A stretch of DNA of 64,000 nt from Negaprion brevirostris. Taxonomy: Eukaryota. Within the stretch, counting starts at the first letter, position 1, and each line of letters opens with the position of its first letter. The stretch is from NCBI GenBank assembly GCA_030324005.1, contig JARDVH010000193.1, forward strand, positions 39,597,405-39,661,404, given 5' to 3'. Position numbers and translations under genes: made by a program. Shown here piece after piece: positions 25,068 through 37,099 of this stretch. Below the pieces are notes generated by a model. The model had not been told where the DNA came from, did not search any database, and saw only the letters and a program-made list of their open reading frames with translations.

Positions 25068-25995
25068 AATTTTGCAGGGGTGTTAACTAGAGTCAGGCTC
25101 GCCATCTCCAGAAAGAGGCCATCACAGGGACTGCTGAGTGTTTGGGGGAGCGGGGGTTGTTTAAAAGACCTGCCTTAGTTCTTTTGAAGTCAGCTGTAAA
25201 AAAAATTAAATCCCACCAGGCCTCATCTCCCACAGTCTCCCCATGCCCCATCCAAGTCAACCTATGTCCCTCTACCCACCTCCATGACATTATCTTTATG
25301 CTAATCCATGCCCCTCTGCCAGCACTCCACATCCCTTTATGTTAACCTATGCCCCAACCCACCCTCATGGTTCCTTATAGCTAACTTAATTCTAACTCAT
25401 GTGAACTCATGCCCTCCACCCTTTGCCCAAACACCTTCTATGTCAATTTACACGTATCCATGGAAAGACCTCAGACCTCATGCAAAGAATAAATAAAATA
25501 AAACTCTGTACCTCTATTGTAGGCTCCATTTTAAAAAACTCATTCATAAAAACACATTCACTATCTTTACATTCCTTCAACTATATAAATCCTTAATAAA
25601 ATGAACATTTCATTTAATGCTTAACCCCATATAAAAACATTTATACTTATGACAGTTCCAAGCAACCTGACAGTTCCTCTATATTTAACAGTTCCAGTGA
25701 ACTTATCCATTTTTTATGCACACTTGTGTCTACCTTTAACAATCCCAGTGAGGACTTGTCATTTCCCAAAGGGCACCTTACCTCTCCCAAAAGTGTCCCT
25801 GAACCTATCCAAAGGAGTACCCTACATGTCAAAAAGGATACTTTGCCTTTCCAAAGAACTCCACCAGCTTTAAACCTTCTCCTGAAATGTTTTGGATATT
25901 TCAGTTACAAAAATTGGATCTGTTTGAAGGCATCTACACTGTTACATAAACCACAAATGTGCAAATTATGACCCACCCCGTTCACCCCTTGCAAA
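25068..25995. mobile_element. Non-autonomous TIR element
   Basis: Terminal inverted motifs ttttgcaggggtg / caccccttgcaaaa; CCATGCC-rich interior. Confidence 0.55.
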
Positions 25996-26062
25996 AAAAA
26001 TGTTGGGGGGGGGCGGGGGAGCGCAGGTTTGGGTACAGGACTTCTGGAATCAGGTCTCTGGC

Positions 26063-26140
26063 ACCTGTTGGACTTTAACCTGGTGTTGTGAGACTTCTTA
26101 CTGTGCTTACTGCAGTCCAACGCTGGCATCTCCACATCAT
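26063..26140 (+). mobile_element. PLE family-2 terminal fragment
   Basis: Reverse complement of the tail at 1-58 (ttggactttaacctggtgttgtgagacttcttactgtg). Confidence 0.7.
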
Positions 26141-26202
26141 AACTCTCACTTGAAAAGAAATACACATATTTCATCTTTCATGACAAAAGAACTGTCCTTA
26201 AT

Positions 26203-26420
26203 AAGACAGAAACAGAATTCGCTGGAAAATCTCAGCATGTCTGACGGCATCTGTGGAGAGAGAACTGAGCTAGCATTTCAAGTCTGGATGACTGTTTGTC
26301 AGAGCTGTGACGTAGGGTCATCTGGACTCAAAACATTGGCTCTATTCTCTGTCCACAGACATGCTGAGTTTTTCCAGCATTTTCTGTTTTTGTTTCAGGT
26401 TCCAGCATCTGCAGTAATTT
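26203..26420. mobile_element. Palindromic element with back-to-back degenerate hammerhead ribozymes (PLE-derived)
   Basis: Arms of ~95 nt around the axis AGCT at 26303-26306; hammerhead layout on both strands. Confidence 0.75.
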
Positions 26421-26499
26421 GTCCTTGATAATTGTGATTGCCAGCTCCACTGTGAGAAAGCATTAAGTATTATTTTAATGGGAGAAATGTTGACCAGGA

Positions 26500-26703
26500 T
26501 GCGCTACCAGAGGTGGTGGTGGAAGGAGACACATTAGCAATATTTAAGAGGCATCTAGATGGGTGCATGAATTGGGAGGGAATAAAAGGGTACATACCAA
26601 GTAAGGACAAAAGTTTTTTTGGTTTAGTTAGGGCACCATGATCGGCACAGGCTTGGAGGGCTGAAGGGCCTGTTCCTTGTGCTGTACTTTTCTTTGCTCT
26701 TTG
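26500..26703 (+). mobile_element. CR1 3' end
   Basis: gcgctaccagaggtggtggtgga...ggagggctgaagggcctgttcc. Confidence 0.8.
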
Positions 26704-27204
26704 TCGTTATTATCAGACGGGCGTGCTACTGAACCTGGTGAGTGGTACCTTTCTGAGGACCCTGGTTAAGGCGTGCGCCTTTCAGCTGAATAAGATGGTT
26801 TAGACTGTTGTTGAGTTTCAGTGGTGCATTTCAATTTGCAGAAAACTTCGACTGAGACTAATTATCAAGGGTTCATGTGGCGTACAAACACCAGTATAGA
26901 CAGGTTGGGTGAAATGACCTATTTCCGCGATATAGACTCTAACTGTGTAATGCAGTTCAATTGCCTCCGCTGTCTGGGGAATCACTTTACTCTGTGTCAT
27001 TGATAGATTTTAGCTGAGGTCAGTGCTTTCAGTTTCTCAAATTAATTAAATTAAAAGCATTTCAAGTGCAATGATCACAATTAATCTTCTGTACATCTAT
27101 GATATTGTACCAAAAATGGTGAAAATCTGACCCATGTGTCCAATTTGATGATATCAATGCGGCCCCACAGAGTGAACTGAGAATATAAATTTCATACTCA
27201 GAAA

Positions 27205-27430
27205 CTCATCATAAAATACAGAAGGAAAAACTCAGCCCATCGTGCCTGCACTTGCTCTTTGAAAAAGCTGTCCCACTTCTCATTCTCCACAGTCCCTCGG
27301 ATCTTTCCTTTTCAATTATTTATCCAGAACCCTTTTGAAGCCTATTGTATCTGTTTCCACTACCCTTTCAGACAGGCACCCCAGTCAATAACAAGTTGCT
27401 GTTTTTAGAAATAAAGTCTCCTTAATCTCC
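27205..27430 (-). mobile_element. CR1 3' end, old
   Basis: tcagcccatcgtgcctg...ccactaccctttcagacagg. Confidence 0.55.
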
Positions 27431-27439
27431 TTTAGCAAC

Positions 27440-27600
27440 CTGCACCTCTGTTCTTCCATCCGGTCATTTAACGGACACTGTTTAGCAGCATCTCAGCCTC
27501 CTGTGTCCTCAGTTGCATTCCCTTTATCCCATTTACCCCCCCCCACCCCTCACCCTCACAGTATAGATCTCCACTGATCCTCCTTGCTCTCAGCTCTGAC
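27440..27600 (+). mobile_element. PLE 3'UTR/terminal segment ending in AGCTCTGAC at a gap
   Basis: C-rich UTR, cagtatagat, then cagctctgac, which is the start of the family-1 hammerhead. Confidence 0.5.
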
Positions 27601-27700
27601 NNNNNNNNNNNNNNNNNNNNNNNNNNNNNNNNNNNNNNNNNNNNNNNNNNNNNNNNNNNNNNNNNNNNNNNNNNNNNNNNNNNNNNNNNNNNNNNNNNNN

Positions 27701-28500
27701 GCTTCACTTCTCAGTCCTGCACTGTTACCTTTGGTGTCTCCCTAGGATATATCTTTGGTTACCTTCTATTTCCTATCTACCTGCTGCCCCTCGGTAATAT
27801 CATCGGAAAGGAGAGTTGCTTTTCAGATGTATGCTGAAGACACTTAGCTCTATCTCACCATCACCACTCTCGACTCCCCCACTGTTGCCAAATTATCAGA
27901 TTGGTTACTTGACATCCAGGACTGGGTAGGCAAAAGATCCCTCAATTAAATATTGGAAAGATCAAAGTCATTTTTAGTGCTTCAAACTTCATTCCCTAAC
28001 TACAGACTTTTGTGCCGCTTCCTGGCAACAAACCAATCTGTCGATAACTTTGGTGTCATTTTCAATCCTGACTACATATGCAAAACATTGCTAAGATCCT
28101 CTGTTTCTACCTCACTACCATTGCCAAATTTTGTTCCACCTTGTTTCAACTGCTCTCAAAACCTTCGTTTACACCTTGGTTATCTTTCCTAATGCAATCT
28201 TGGCTGGTATCCTACATTCTATTCTCCACAAATTTCAGGACATTCAAAAGTCTACTGGTCGTGACTTAACTTGCAGCAAGTCCCATTCATCTACCACATC
28301 TGTGCTCACTGACTTAAATTAGCTCCTGTTCAAGCAATATCTTGATTTTAAAATTCTCATCTTTGTTGTCAAATCCTGCCAAAGTCTCGCCTGTCACTAT
28401 TTTTGTAATCCCTTTTAGCCGCATAAGACTCCAAGGTCTAATTCTAGCTTCTTGAGCATCCCTGATTTTCAACACTCCCAATAATCATAGTTGTGTCTTC
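27701..28500 (+). mobile_element. L2-like LINE RT/C-terminal relic
   Basis: GVSLGYIFGYLLFPIYLLPLGNII and MYAEDT*LYL (degenerate PQG...YADD); probable tail continues at ~29500-29690. Confidence 0.75.
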
Positions 28501-28519
28501 AGTTGTGTCATTTTTAAAA

Positions 28520-28880
28520 AAAATGTATTATTATTGCCACAGATAGGCTTACATTAACACTGCAATGAAGTTACTGTGAAAATTCCCTAGTCGCCACACT
28601 CTGATGCCAGTTCGGGTACACTAAGGGNNNNNNNNNNNNNNNNNNNNNNNNNNNNNNNNNNNNNNNNNNNNNNNNNNNNNNNNNNNNNNNNNNNNNNNNN
28701 NNNNNNNNNNNNNNNNNNNNNNNNNNNAAGGGAGAATTTAGCATGGCCACTGCACCTAACCAGCAAGTCTTTTGACTGTGGGAGAACATTGGAGCACCCA
28801 AAGGAAACCCAACCAACTCAGGAATTGAACCCAGGTCAGTGGCGCAGTGAGGCAGCAGTGCTAACCACTGTGCACCGTGC
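28520..28880 (-). mobile_element. HE1-like V-SINE, tail B (gap inside)
   Basis: ggcttacattaacactgcaatgaagttactgtgaaa...gtgctaaccactgtgc. Confidence 0.88.
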
Positions 28881-30639
28881 ATTCCTATATATTATGAAAT
28901 TTCAGATAATACTTCAAAATTCTGAACAGAGTTAAATTGTCTGCTACATACCATGTGACTTTTTGCAATGTCAGTTCCTTACAGTCCTGAGGCTCAAGCA
29001 AATACCTAATTACATCTGGACATTCTGAAACAGCGAATACAATCAAGGTAATAAACAACAATGAAAGCAAAGAAGCATGCTCCCCAACCTATTCTGGCGT
29101 CCCCCTTTNNNNNNNNNNCCAACTTGTTGGAAACCCAAGCAGCTTACTGGAAAACCTCTGCCTACAAGACCATCACTTCAACTAAAAGCATCAACTCATC
29201 TATGAAACTACAGGTCTGGCATGAACGAGAGACTGAGACAACCATATTTTTCTTAATTTGTGTCTAATTTGTGCATCAGTATTATTGTGGGTGAGTTGAG
29301 TGAGTGATCTTTGCATTTTTTTTAAATCTCCAGGACAAGTGTGTGATAATAAATAACACTCTTTATTAAAAAAAACTAACAGAACAGCTTTTTCTGAGGG
29401 TAAGAAAATACATACACCGCACATACAAAATGCTTCGATCACAGGCAGTAAATCAACACATAACATTCTGTCCATGACAGTTGCATAAGATTTAAAGCTA
29501 CTGAATTCCTTTGCTATACCTCTCTCTGTTCCTTTACGACACTCCTTGAGCCCACCACTTTGAGAAAGACTTTGACTATTTACCAAATTCTCCTTAAGAG
29601 TTTGGTGTCATATTCAGTTTTATAATGCTCTTGTGAAGTGCCTTGGGCCATTTCATTACATTAACAAGACTATGTAAATTGTTATTGTTGCTGTTTAATC
29701 TGAGTCATTCACTCCCATGAAATATACTCAACCACATGAAATAACCAAGGTTTGCAATTAGATTTGAGTGATAAATTTGAAATATTTATTGTACTGGATC
29801 TAAGAAAATAAAATAAGTCAGATCAATTTGATAGTTGACAACACCGTTTCACATGTTCCAGTTCTATATATCCTGTGATGCCCGAGTTGACATTTTACAC
29901 AAGTCTGATAAATAGTAATGTGCAGGATGAGAACTCAGTGACCATGAGCAACTCCTATAAATGCCCTAAGTTTCTGTCAGATGATCTTGGTCTAGTATTG
30001 CAGTGTTCCAATGCAGACTAAGTTACATCTCATTTTATATTATGCTATAATATCAGCTATTTTCCAACTTATAGTATTAACACCTTCAGTATAATTAAGT
30101 TAGAATTAAATCTCAGTTGTGAACTAATTAATCTGGTTCTCCTATTCACACCCTGTGAATATTGCTTATTCCTTTGATCAGAATATTCACATACTATTCT
30201 TGAGGGCCTTAGGTTGCCAATCATCACATAGTTTTCCTGTGAAAAGATAGATAAAATATGTAATTAAAAATCATTGTTCTTGCTATGCTCCAAGATGATA
30301 GTTTTATCTTAATCGATGCAGGATTTACACAGAACTGCAAGCAAATGGTACAGTAAGTTACACTTAATTATTGGCAGGATGATGTATGACTCTGAAATAT
30401 CAATGACAAATTAACAAAGATGGTTCGAACAAACACTTTGAGAAACATAAGGGATACTTAGTTTGAGAGAAGAATGAATAATACGATGAAATGAATGGCT
30501 TGACATAAAATGACAAAAGTCAATAGGAAGGAGGAGGCTTTAGAAAAGGGTCTCATTAAAATCAATTGGAAAAGTGGAACATTGGAAAATATTATCATCA
30601 CAAATCATCACAACAGCGGTAAAATACATAACAATGGAT

Positions 30640-30985
30640 TCACTTGCATGATACGTGGAATGAGAGAATATAGCTATGACAGACTTGAACAGCCAGTAAA
30701 ATGTCTTCACTGGAGCATGGATCAAATCAAAATAGTCAAAATTATGAAAGAAGTTTGAGGTGAGAAATCACAACGGCTGGTTAGTGAATCAATAACAAAC
30801 ATGTATATATTAAAGAACTGTTGTAAAAACATAAATTTGGGAGTTTAGGCTATATTTTTGCAAAGCAATGCAATATGGAATGCATTGTCACAGGTGGCTA
30901 TTAAAAGTGAGTGAATCAAGAAATTTAAGGGAGAATTAAATAAATCCTTGAAGATGAAATATCAAAGTGCATGAGGAAAGAGCAG
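30640..30985 (+). mobile_element. Ancient CR1 3' relic
   Basis: MIRGMREYSYDRL; atatggaatgcattgtcacagg. Confidence 0.5.
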
Positions 30986-31013
30986 TGAACTGGATTTGAA
31001 GATACAAAAATAA

Positions 31014-31150
31014 GGGGTGCAATCTTTCCGGTCGTTCACATTATGCTCACGTTGGAGAAGGGTCAGAGAATTTGGAGCCGAGCCAAATCTCCATTCACTG
31101 CAGTAGGATGGGCAAATCCTACCAACATGAATGGCCGTAACAATCTGGCC
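31014..31150. mobile_element. Short MITE (Harbinger-type)
   Basis: ggggtgcaatctttccggtcgttca ... tgaatggccgtaacaatctggcc imperfect inverted ends. Confidence 0.5.
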
Positions 31151-31729
31151 AAGGTACTGAAGATGTAAGGACAGAAGCTACTGGAAATATGCAGCAGTTA
31201 GGCAGTATCCATGAGTGCAACAATAGGCTAGCGTTTCCATCGTAGAGGCCTACCACCACACTCTGATCTCCTCACTTCTCTATTCCACCAATATGAGTGA
31301 CAAATGGAGACAACTATAATCTAGTTAACCTTCACGGGGGATCCTGAGACCTCACCTTAGTGCTGCCAGATGTTAGTGTTAGGGATCTGATGACCCATGA
31401 TCCTTTGCATGCACCACTCATTTAATTCCAAACTTCGCGCTAAATTTCAATCTGCCTCATGTGAATGAGACAAAATTTCCTTGTCAGTTAGCACAATTGG
31501 TATCCACTTTCATCTTAGCATCACCTCTGAGGTTTCCTATTGCTGGGAGAATGCAGAAGGGATGTTACACCATTGAGATTCCACTCCTGTGCATCCTATC
31601 TTTGTGCTGCAGCCCCCAATGCTTTGCAACTTGCTCCTTAAATCCACATGAAATTACATCTATTAATTCTGTATCTCTCTCCACAGATGCTGCCTAACCT
31701 GTGACCTTGGCTGTCAGCAGCTCAGGCAT

Positions 31730-31920
31730 GTGCATAGTGCTGTCATCAGCCCTGAGGTAGCCTTGAGAGTCCATTGATTATGCCAAATATTTATTGATAG
31801 CTCATCCCCAGAAATGGAAACTGCTGATGAAAGGAAAGGTTCAGAAATGGACCAGGTGAAGGTGAAAGAAGGGAGAAAACTGGAAGGGAAGTTGATTTAG
31901 TTTTCCAGGTTTGAAAGATA
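31730..31920 (-). mobile_element. Penelope-like RT fragment
   Basis: Minus strand NLEN*INFPSSFLPSFTFTWSISEPFLSSAVSISGDELSINI, matching the vertebrate PLE RT segment FINF.SNFHP.L.FTWSIS...LPFLD.SVSISGD.L.T.I. Confidence 0.65.
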
Positions 31921-34900
31921 TGTCTGGTGCTAAGCTATCATCATGTGGGTCATGATTGACCAAAGGGTCTCTTTGCTGAGATACCTATAATTTGTTGAAC
32001 ATGACTGTTCTGCATATTAAGCATAGTATTTTGAATGTAGATCATTGCTAGGTGGTTGAGCTTGGACTCCTGTGTGGTTTATGTGTAGTTTTTACAATGC
32101 ACCTATATATTTACTTTCAATCTAAACATCAATAACCTGGAACCAGTCCATAAATCGTCACACTGACTGAATTTGATCATATCTTGATGGCTTGTCCTGT
32201 GCATTTGATCCACCAGCTACCAATCCTGCGGCAATAAGAANNNNNNNNNNCTCGAAGGCTTACAACAAAATATACAATGGTTGAACTGTAAATACTGCAT
32301 ATTTACTGTTTGGGTGCTCTCTTTCTGTGTGACCAGTCTTGATCACAAAACTCAGAATTGTATCATAATCTGGTCTGTTTGAATTCCTAATTCATTTGTA
32401 GCAGCAGATCTTTAATTTTTTTTGAAATCAACCCTGCCCTGCTCTTTCAAAAGGGAAAAAAGAAAAATGTTATTTCTGTGGTTGCTACAGGTCATTCAAC
32501 ACAAAAATCTCTAAAAGAATATATGTATAATGTAGGAATAAGACGAAGATTATTTACTTCTCTACTTTACACATACAACCATTTATTTTGATGAAATGGT
32601 GTTATATTCAAACTGCTTTAATTTTGTTCCAACTGCAGGAAAAAAAACAGTACATCACAGATTTAACTTACACATGTTACAATGAAACATATACTTCAGT
32701 TCTGTATTTCCATGCAGTGGCCTTTAAGTTTATGTAACTATGAATTATTTTAATATAATGTTCACTATGCCTGCTTAAAGTGTTAACTTGAGAATTGGCC
32801 TATGCATAGAGAAGCATATTTATTTAACAATGAGCGAGTCATAATATAGTTCCTGCACTAAGTACATCAAGGCAAATGCTTTTGTTTTAAGGAAATAAAG
32901 TCTTCATCTATAATGAGCTCTTTTCCCCACAGAATTTTATAGGACTGTAATTTCACTACAGGAATAAATCATTCGAATCTACAAACAGAAGAAAAGTTTG
33001 AATTTTTCATTGTTTTCAAAATTTTAATTAACTGAAGGATACACAAGAATAATAACTGAGCTGCTAAATATTGCTTTCTAACATGTTCTTCACAAAAATG
33101 TGATGAAACCATGCTTTATTAAATTTAAAGATTTAGAAAAAAATGTCATCTTCTGAATTTTTCCACATCTGACCCCCTTCTACACAGTTCTGAGTACTGT
33201 GAAGGAGAAATATAGCTCTCTGAATAATGAAAATGTATTTATTACCAGCACAGGAATTAAGATTTATAACACACTGCAGTCCCACTGTTTAACAAAATGG
33301 AATATAGGACTCCTTAAATAAGCTGCTCAGACATGAAAACTTGGAGGCAAGGTCTAAATTCAGTATGTTGTAAGCACAAAATGTTTACAGGATTTTTACT
33401 ATGATATGAGTCTTTACCATTTTGTTAGCACCCAGGTGCATTGGTCNNNNNNNNNNGAAGGTACATCAATGAGAAGTCAACTGGTGATGGCTGCTATGAG
33501 AGTTCACCCTTCCCTGACTCCTCCCCATACTCCCCCTCCCTCCCCCCATCATGAAAGCTGTCAAATCTGCAAAGCCATTAACAAATCTTGATAAATTACA
33601 CCATATATAATTTTAATGCTGATTAATTTCAAATTACACAAACTACTTTTGCATAACATTATATTTCTTTGTCAAATTCACATACAAAGAAAGACGCTCC
33701 AGGCATCGTTTCATGCAGACAAATTAACTCAGAGATTTGAAAGGAAATAATGATCCTGTAAAGTTTAACCACTTAACTGCTAAAAATCTATTTTCTTAAT
33801 AGGAATTTCATTATGCACACATTCTTGGCGTTCATTTTTAAATAAGTTGCATTCAGTGACATTCTGCAAAATGTATTGCAATAGTCTAGATGAGCAAATC
33901 ATGAAATACAAAGTAAAAATTTAGCAAAGATTCCATTAAAAATATATTACTGAGTGATACATAGAACCTTTGTAAATTAAATCAGTGTGAATTGGAAATT
34001 CCACTAATCTGCACCAATGCATTACATTGTACAGTGCCCTATACTTTGGACCTAAAGCATGTGTCAAAAAGATGGAGGCATCTTTTTGGAGAAAGTAATT
34101 AACTTGGCAATTTTTTTTACTTAAACAGTGAAGTGCATAATTAAACCAAATGGTGTAAGATATCTCCCATTGTTCATTTAAGTGTGAGCAGTAGATTCCC
34201 CCTGCACGTTGTTCCTTAAATGACAGTTTTAAAAATGTCTTAACTATGAAACCTGTTCCTTAGCAATAACATGAAGGTCAATTGCATATCATTTTCACCG
34301 ACTGGAGATTTTTCTCATGCCTTTATTTTAATGATCTGCTGAACCTTTTTTCTGTCTTTTTGCCTTCTTGGTGTTGCAGCTGAGCAGGAAAAAAAATTAG
34401 TGAGAAAGTTGAGACTTACAAGATTGAAAAGTTGGGCTTGAATAAATCTTCACCCTCTACCCAGTAAGTAGAGCATTAGCATCTTCCCATAGTAATCCCT
34501 GAAGTTTGCTTTGGCATCTGCAACAAAAGAAAAACGAGTGAAAGGAAAGGCTACAAATAACAACACGTACTGGAGTTTTTTTTAAAAAGGACACATCTTT
34601 TCCATTTCCATTACCAGCCAGTTTCCATTACATTAATAATCTGATATTAGGACCATCCCTTCCAAACCATGCAAATCTGAGGCAGCTCTTGCCGTTGCCC
34701 TAGCCTCTTGGCAGAGGTCCCAATGGATGGTAGCAGCAGTTAACAACTGGCTGGATTTATTCTCATCTTTCCCAAATATTTGACTGCAAATCGCATTCAG
34801 TACATTTTAATGCAATGAAAGGTCCTTGCTACATCTGATATCCTGCAGGAATTTTAAAGTAAATAAATGCATTGATCTTAATAGCAGTGAGAGTAGCAAG

Positions 34901-36552
34901 TACATTTCGAAAGAACGGCAGTAATGCAGCTAATACGTTACAGTTATTGAAGTTTACTGTGGCTAGAATGAATGATCCAGTTGGGTTTGTGCCAGAATAA
35001 GAGACAGAAAAGCTAATTAAAGCACGAGGAGAAGGCTTAGTACTTTAATTAGCTCAATGTCTCCTATTCCAACACAAAACCCTTGGATCATTCATAGTAC
35101 AACACTTGGTTCAGGGGGAGATATTCTAACATGGATAAATATCGTACATGTTCTTTTTATATATTTGAGTTAGGAATGTTAGAAATTCTTAGCATTTTTG
35201 TATTGTATATGAATGTTAATTTTCACAAAATATGTGGGTATGAGTCAGCACGTGAGGATGACTGACAGAGAGCAGTGGTGAGCTTTTCATCCATTATTTT
35301 GGGATCTCTACATCCTAAAGTGGAAAAAAAGAGAAATAGTCAACAACACATGACAGATATCTTGAGGACTTTGGAAAATCTTGGAAAAGTCAATCATAAT
35401 AAAGCTATTGTGTTTTACTGTATGTGGGGAACAGAGTTGAAAGGTGCTCCCTGAACTGGGTTAGCCTTATGAAGGAGTGTCAAGATTAGCACAGCTAGTG
35501 CTCAGTATGACAGGTTCAGAGGGGGGCATGTGGGAGATGCAGCTGCCGGACCTGGCCCTATTCACCACTGGCAGCCCTGAGCTGACTTTTGCTGGCATCC
35601 CTGGGAATATCCCCATGCTCATGCAGTCGATTCATTCATTTCTCAGCATGAGCATTCTTCAAAATGAAGTGCTGGAGGGCATCTGGAGTGGTGCCCCAGC
35701 AGGGGTTGGCATCTTCTGGAGAAGAAGGGAGAAGATTGGAGGGAGCTGTGCGCACAGTAGGAACTGTACTGTAATCTCGGTGTCAGAAAAGAGAAAGTTA
35801 ACGCCTTATGTTTGTTATCAACACACTAGACACTTAATTGNNNNNNNNNNNNNNNNNNNNNGCATTGTTGCATTTGTTTTCCATGAAATGTTCACTGATG
35901 CAGTTGCAGGAATTAATTTGATATTCGGCTTTAGTTCAGTTTACTTAAATAAAATGACATGGTTCACACGAGGAATGGTGAATAAAGGGTCGATTATCGG
36001 TAAAATATTATCAGTTTTATCCCTTATACTTTAAAACACTACTAATACTTAAAACAATACTTGAGAATCAAGGTGTTACTTGAAAACTAATTATTAAAGC
36101 TGTTTTTTTTAAATTAAAAACATTTACATTCACTTTCATTTGAAGATCATATATAAGCTATAAAATTCATTAATTTCACAGAGGGAGTATACAATCACCA
36201 TGAGACTATCAGCCAGGACCTCTATAGCCTGTGTTTTCTGAACACTTTTGTAATGAAGATTAAAATATCATTGTGTTGATTACATCTGATGTTACTCATT
36301 TAAATGATTACCAGAGTTTTAATTTAATCTAAGGTGAACATTCACAAGCAGTGAAAACATGATGAGTAAATGCCACATCTGTTGAGCTGGAAGATGGAAC
36401 TGTGCAGGACGCTCAATGAGGCAACAACTCTCCTTTAAATTTCTACCTAGTGTTTTATTTTTTGTCATCAAGGGATAAAATATGATTATTGTGACTCTGG
36501 TATCCTTGTAAATGGAGCAGGCCCTGAAGCAGCAGCTAGGTATAAGTTTAAA

Positions 36553-36845
36553 TGAGTTTTAAAAGTTTATTTATTGGTGTCACGAGTAGGCTTTCATTAA
36601 CACTGCAATGAAGTTACTGTGAAAATCCCCAGTCACCACACTCTGGTGTCTGTTTGAGTATACTGAAGGAGAATTTAGCATGGCCAATGCACCTAACCAG
36701 CACATCTTTCGGACTGTAGGCAGAAACCGGAGCACCCAGAGGAAACCCATTCAAACACGGAGAGAATGTGGAGATTCTGCACAGATAGTGACCCAAACCA
36801 GGAATCGAACTGAGTCTCTGGGTGCCGTGAGGCCACAATGCTAAC
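36553..36845 (-). mobile_element. HE1-like V-SINE, tail B
   Basis: aaagtttatttattggtgtcacgagtagg...caggaatcgaac. Confidence 0.9.
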
Positions 36846-36984
36846 CCCTTTTTTATGGCACAAGTCACACGTTTGTGTATACTTTTAAGATCATTATTCA
36901 TATTTGCTTTGATTATGGATCTGAGAGGTAGCTGTGTATCTAATGGGTTTAATTGGCTGAATGCTAAAGGTTAAAAATTTATTT

Positions 36985-37095
36985 CCTCCTTTGTGGGAAA
37001 GGGGCTCAGTTTCAGAATAAGGAGCCATCTATTTAAGATGAAGGTGAGGAGGAATTTCTTTTCTCAGAGTTGGTGAATCTTTGGCATTCTGCACC
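36985..37095 (+). mobile_element. CR1 fragment
   Basis: gaggaggaatttcttttctcagag...gaatctttggcattct. Confidence 0.6.
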
Positions 37096-37099
37096 CATG

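Noticed and set aside
35477-36034. 185-aa ORF
   Set aside because: GTG start, spans a gap, no recognisable domain or splice structure.
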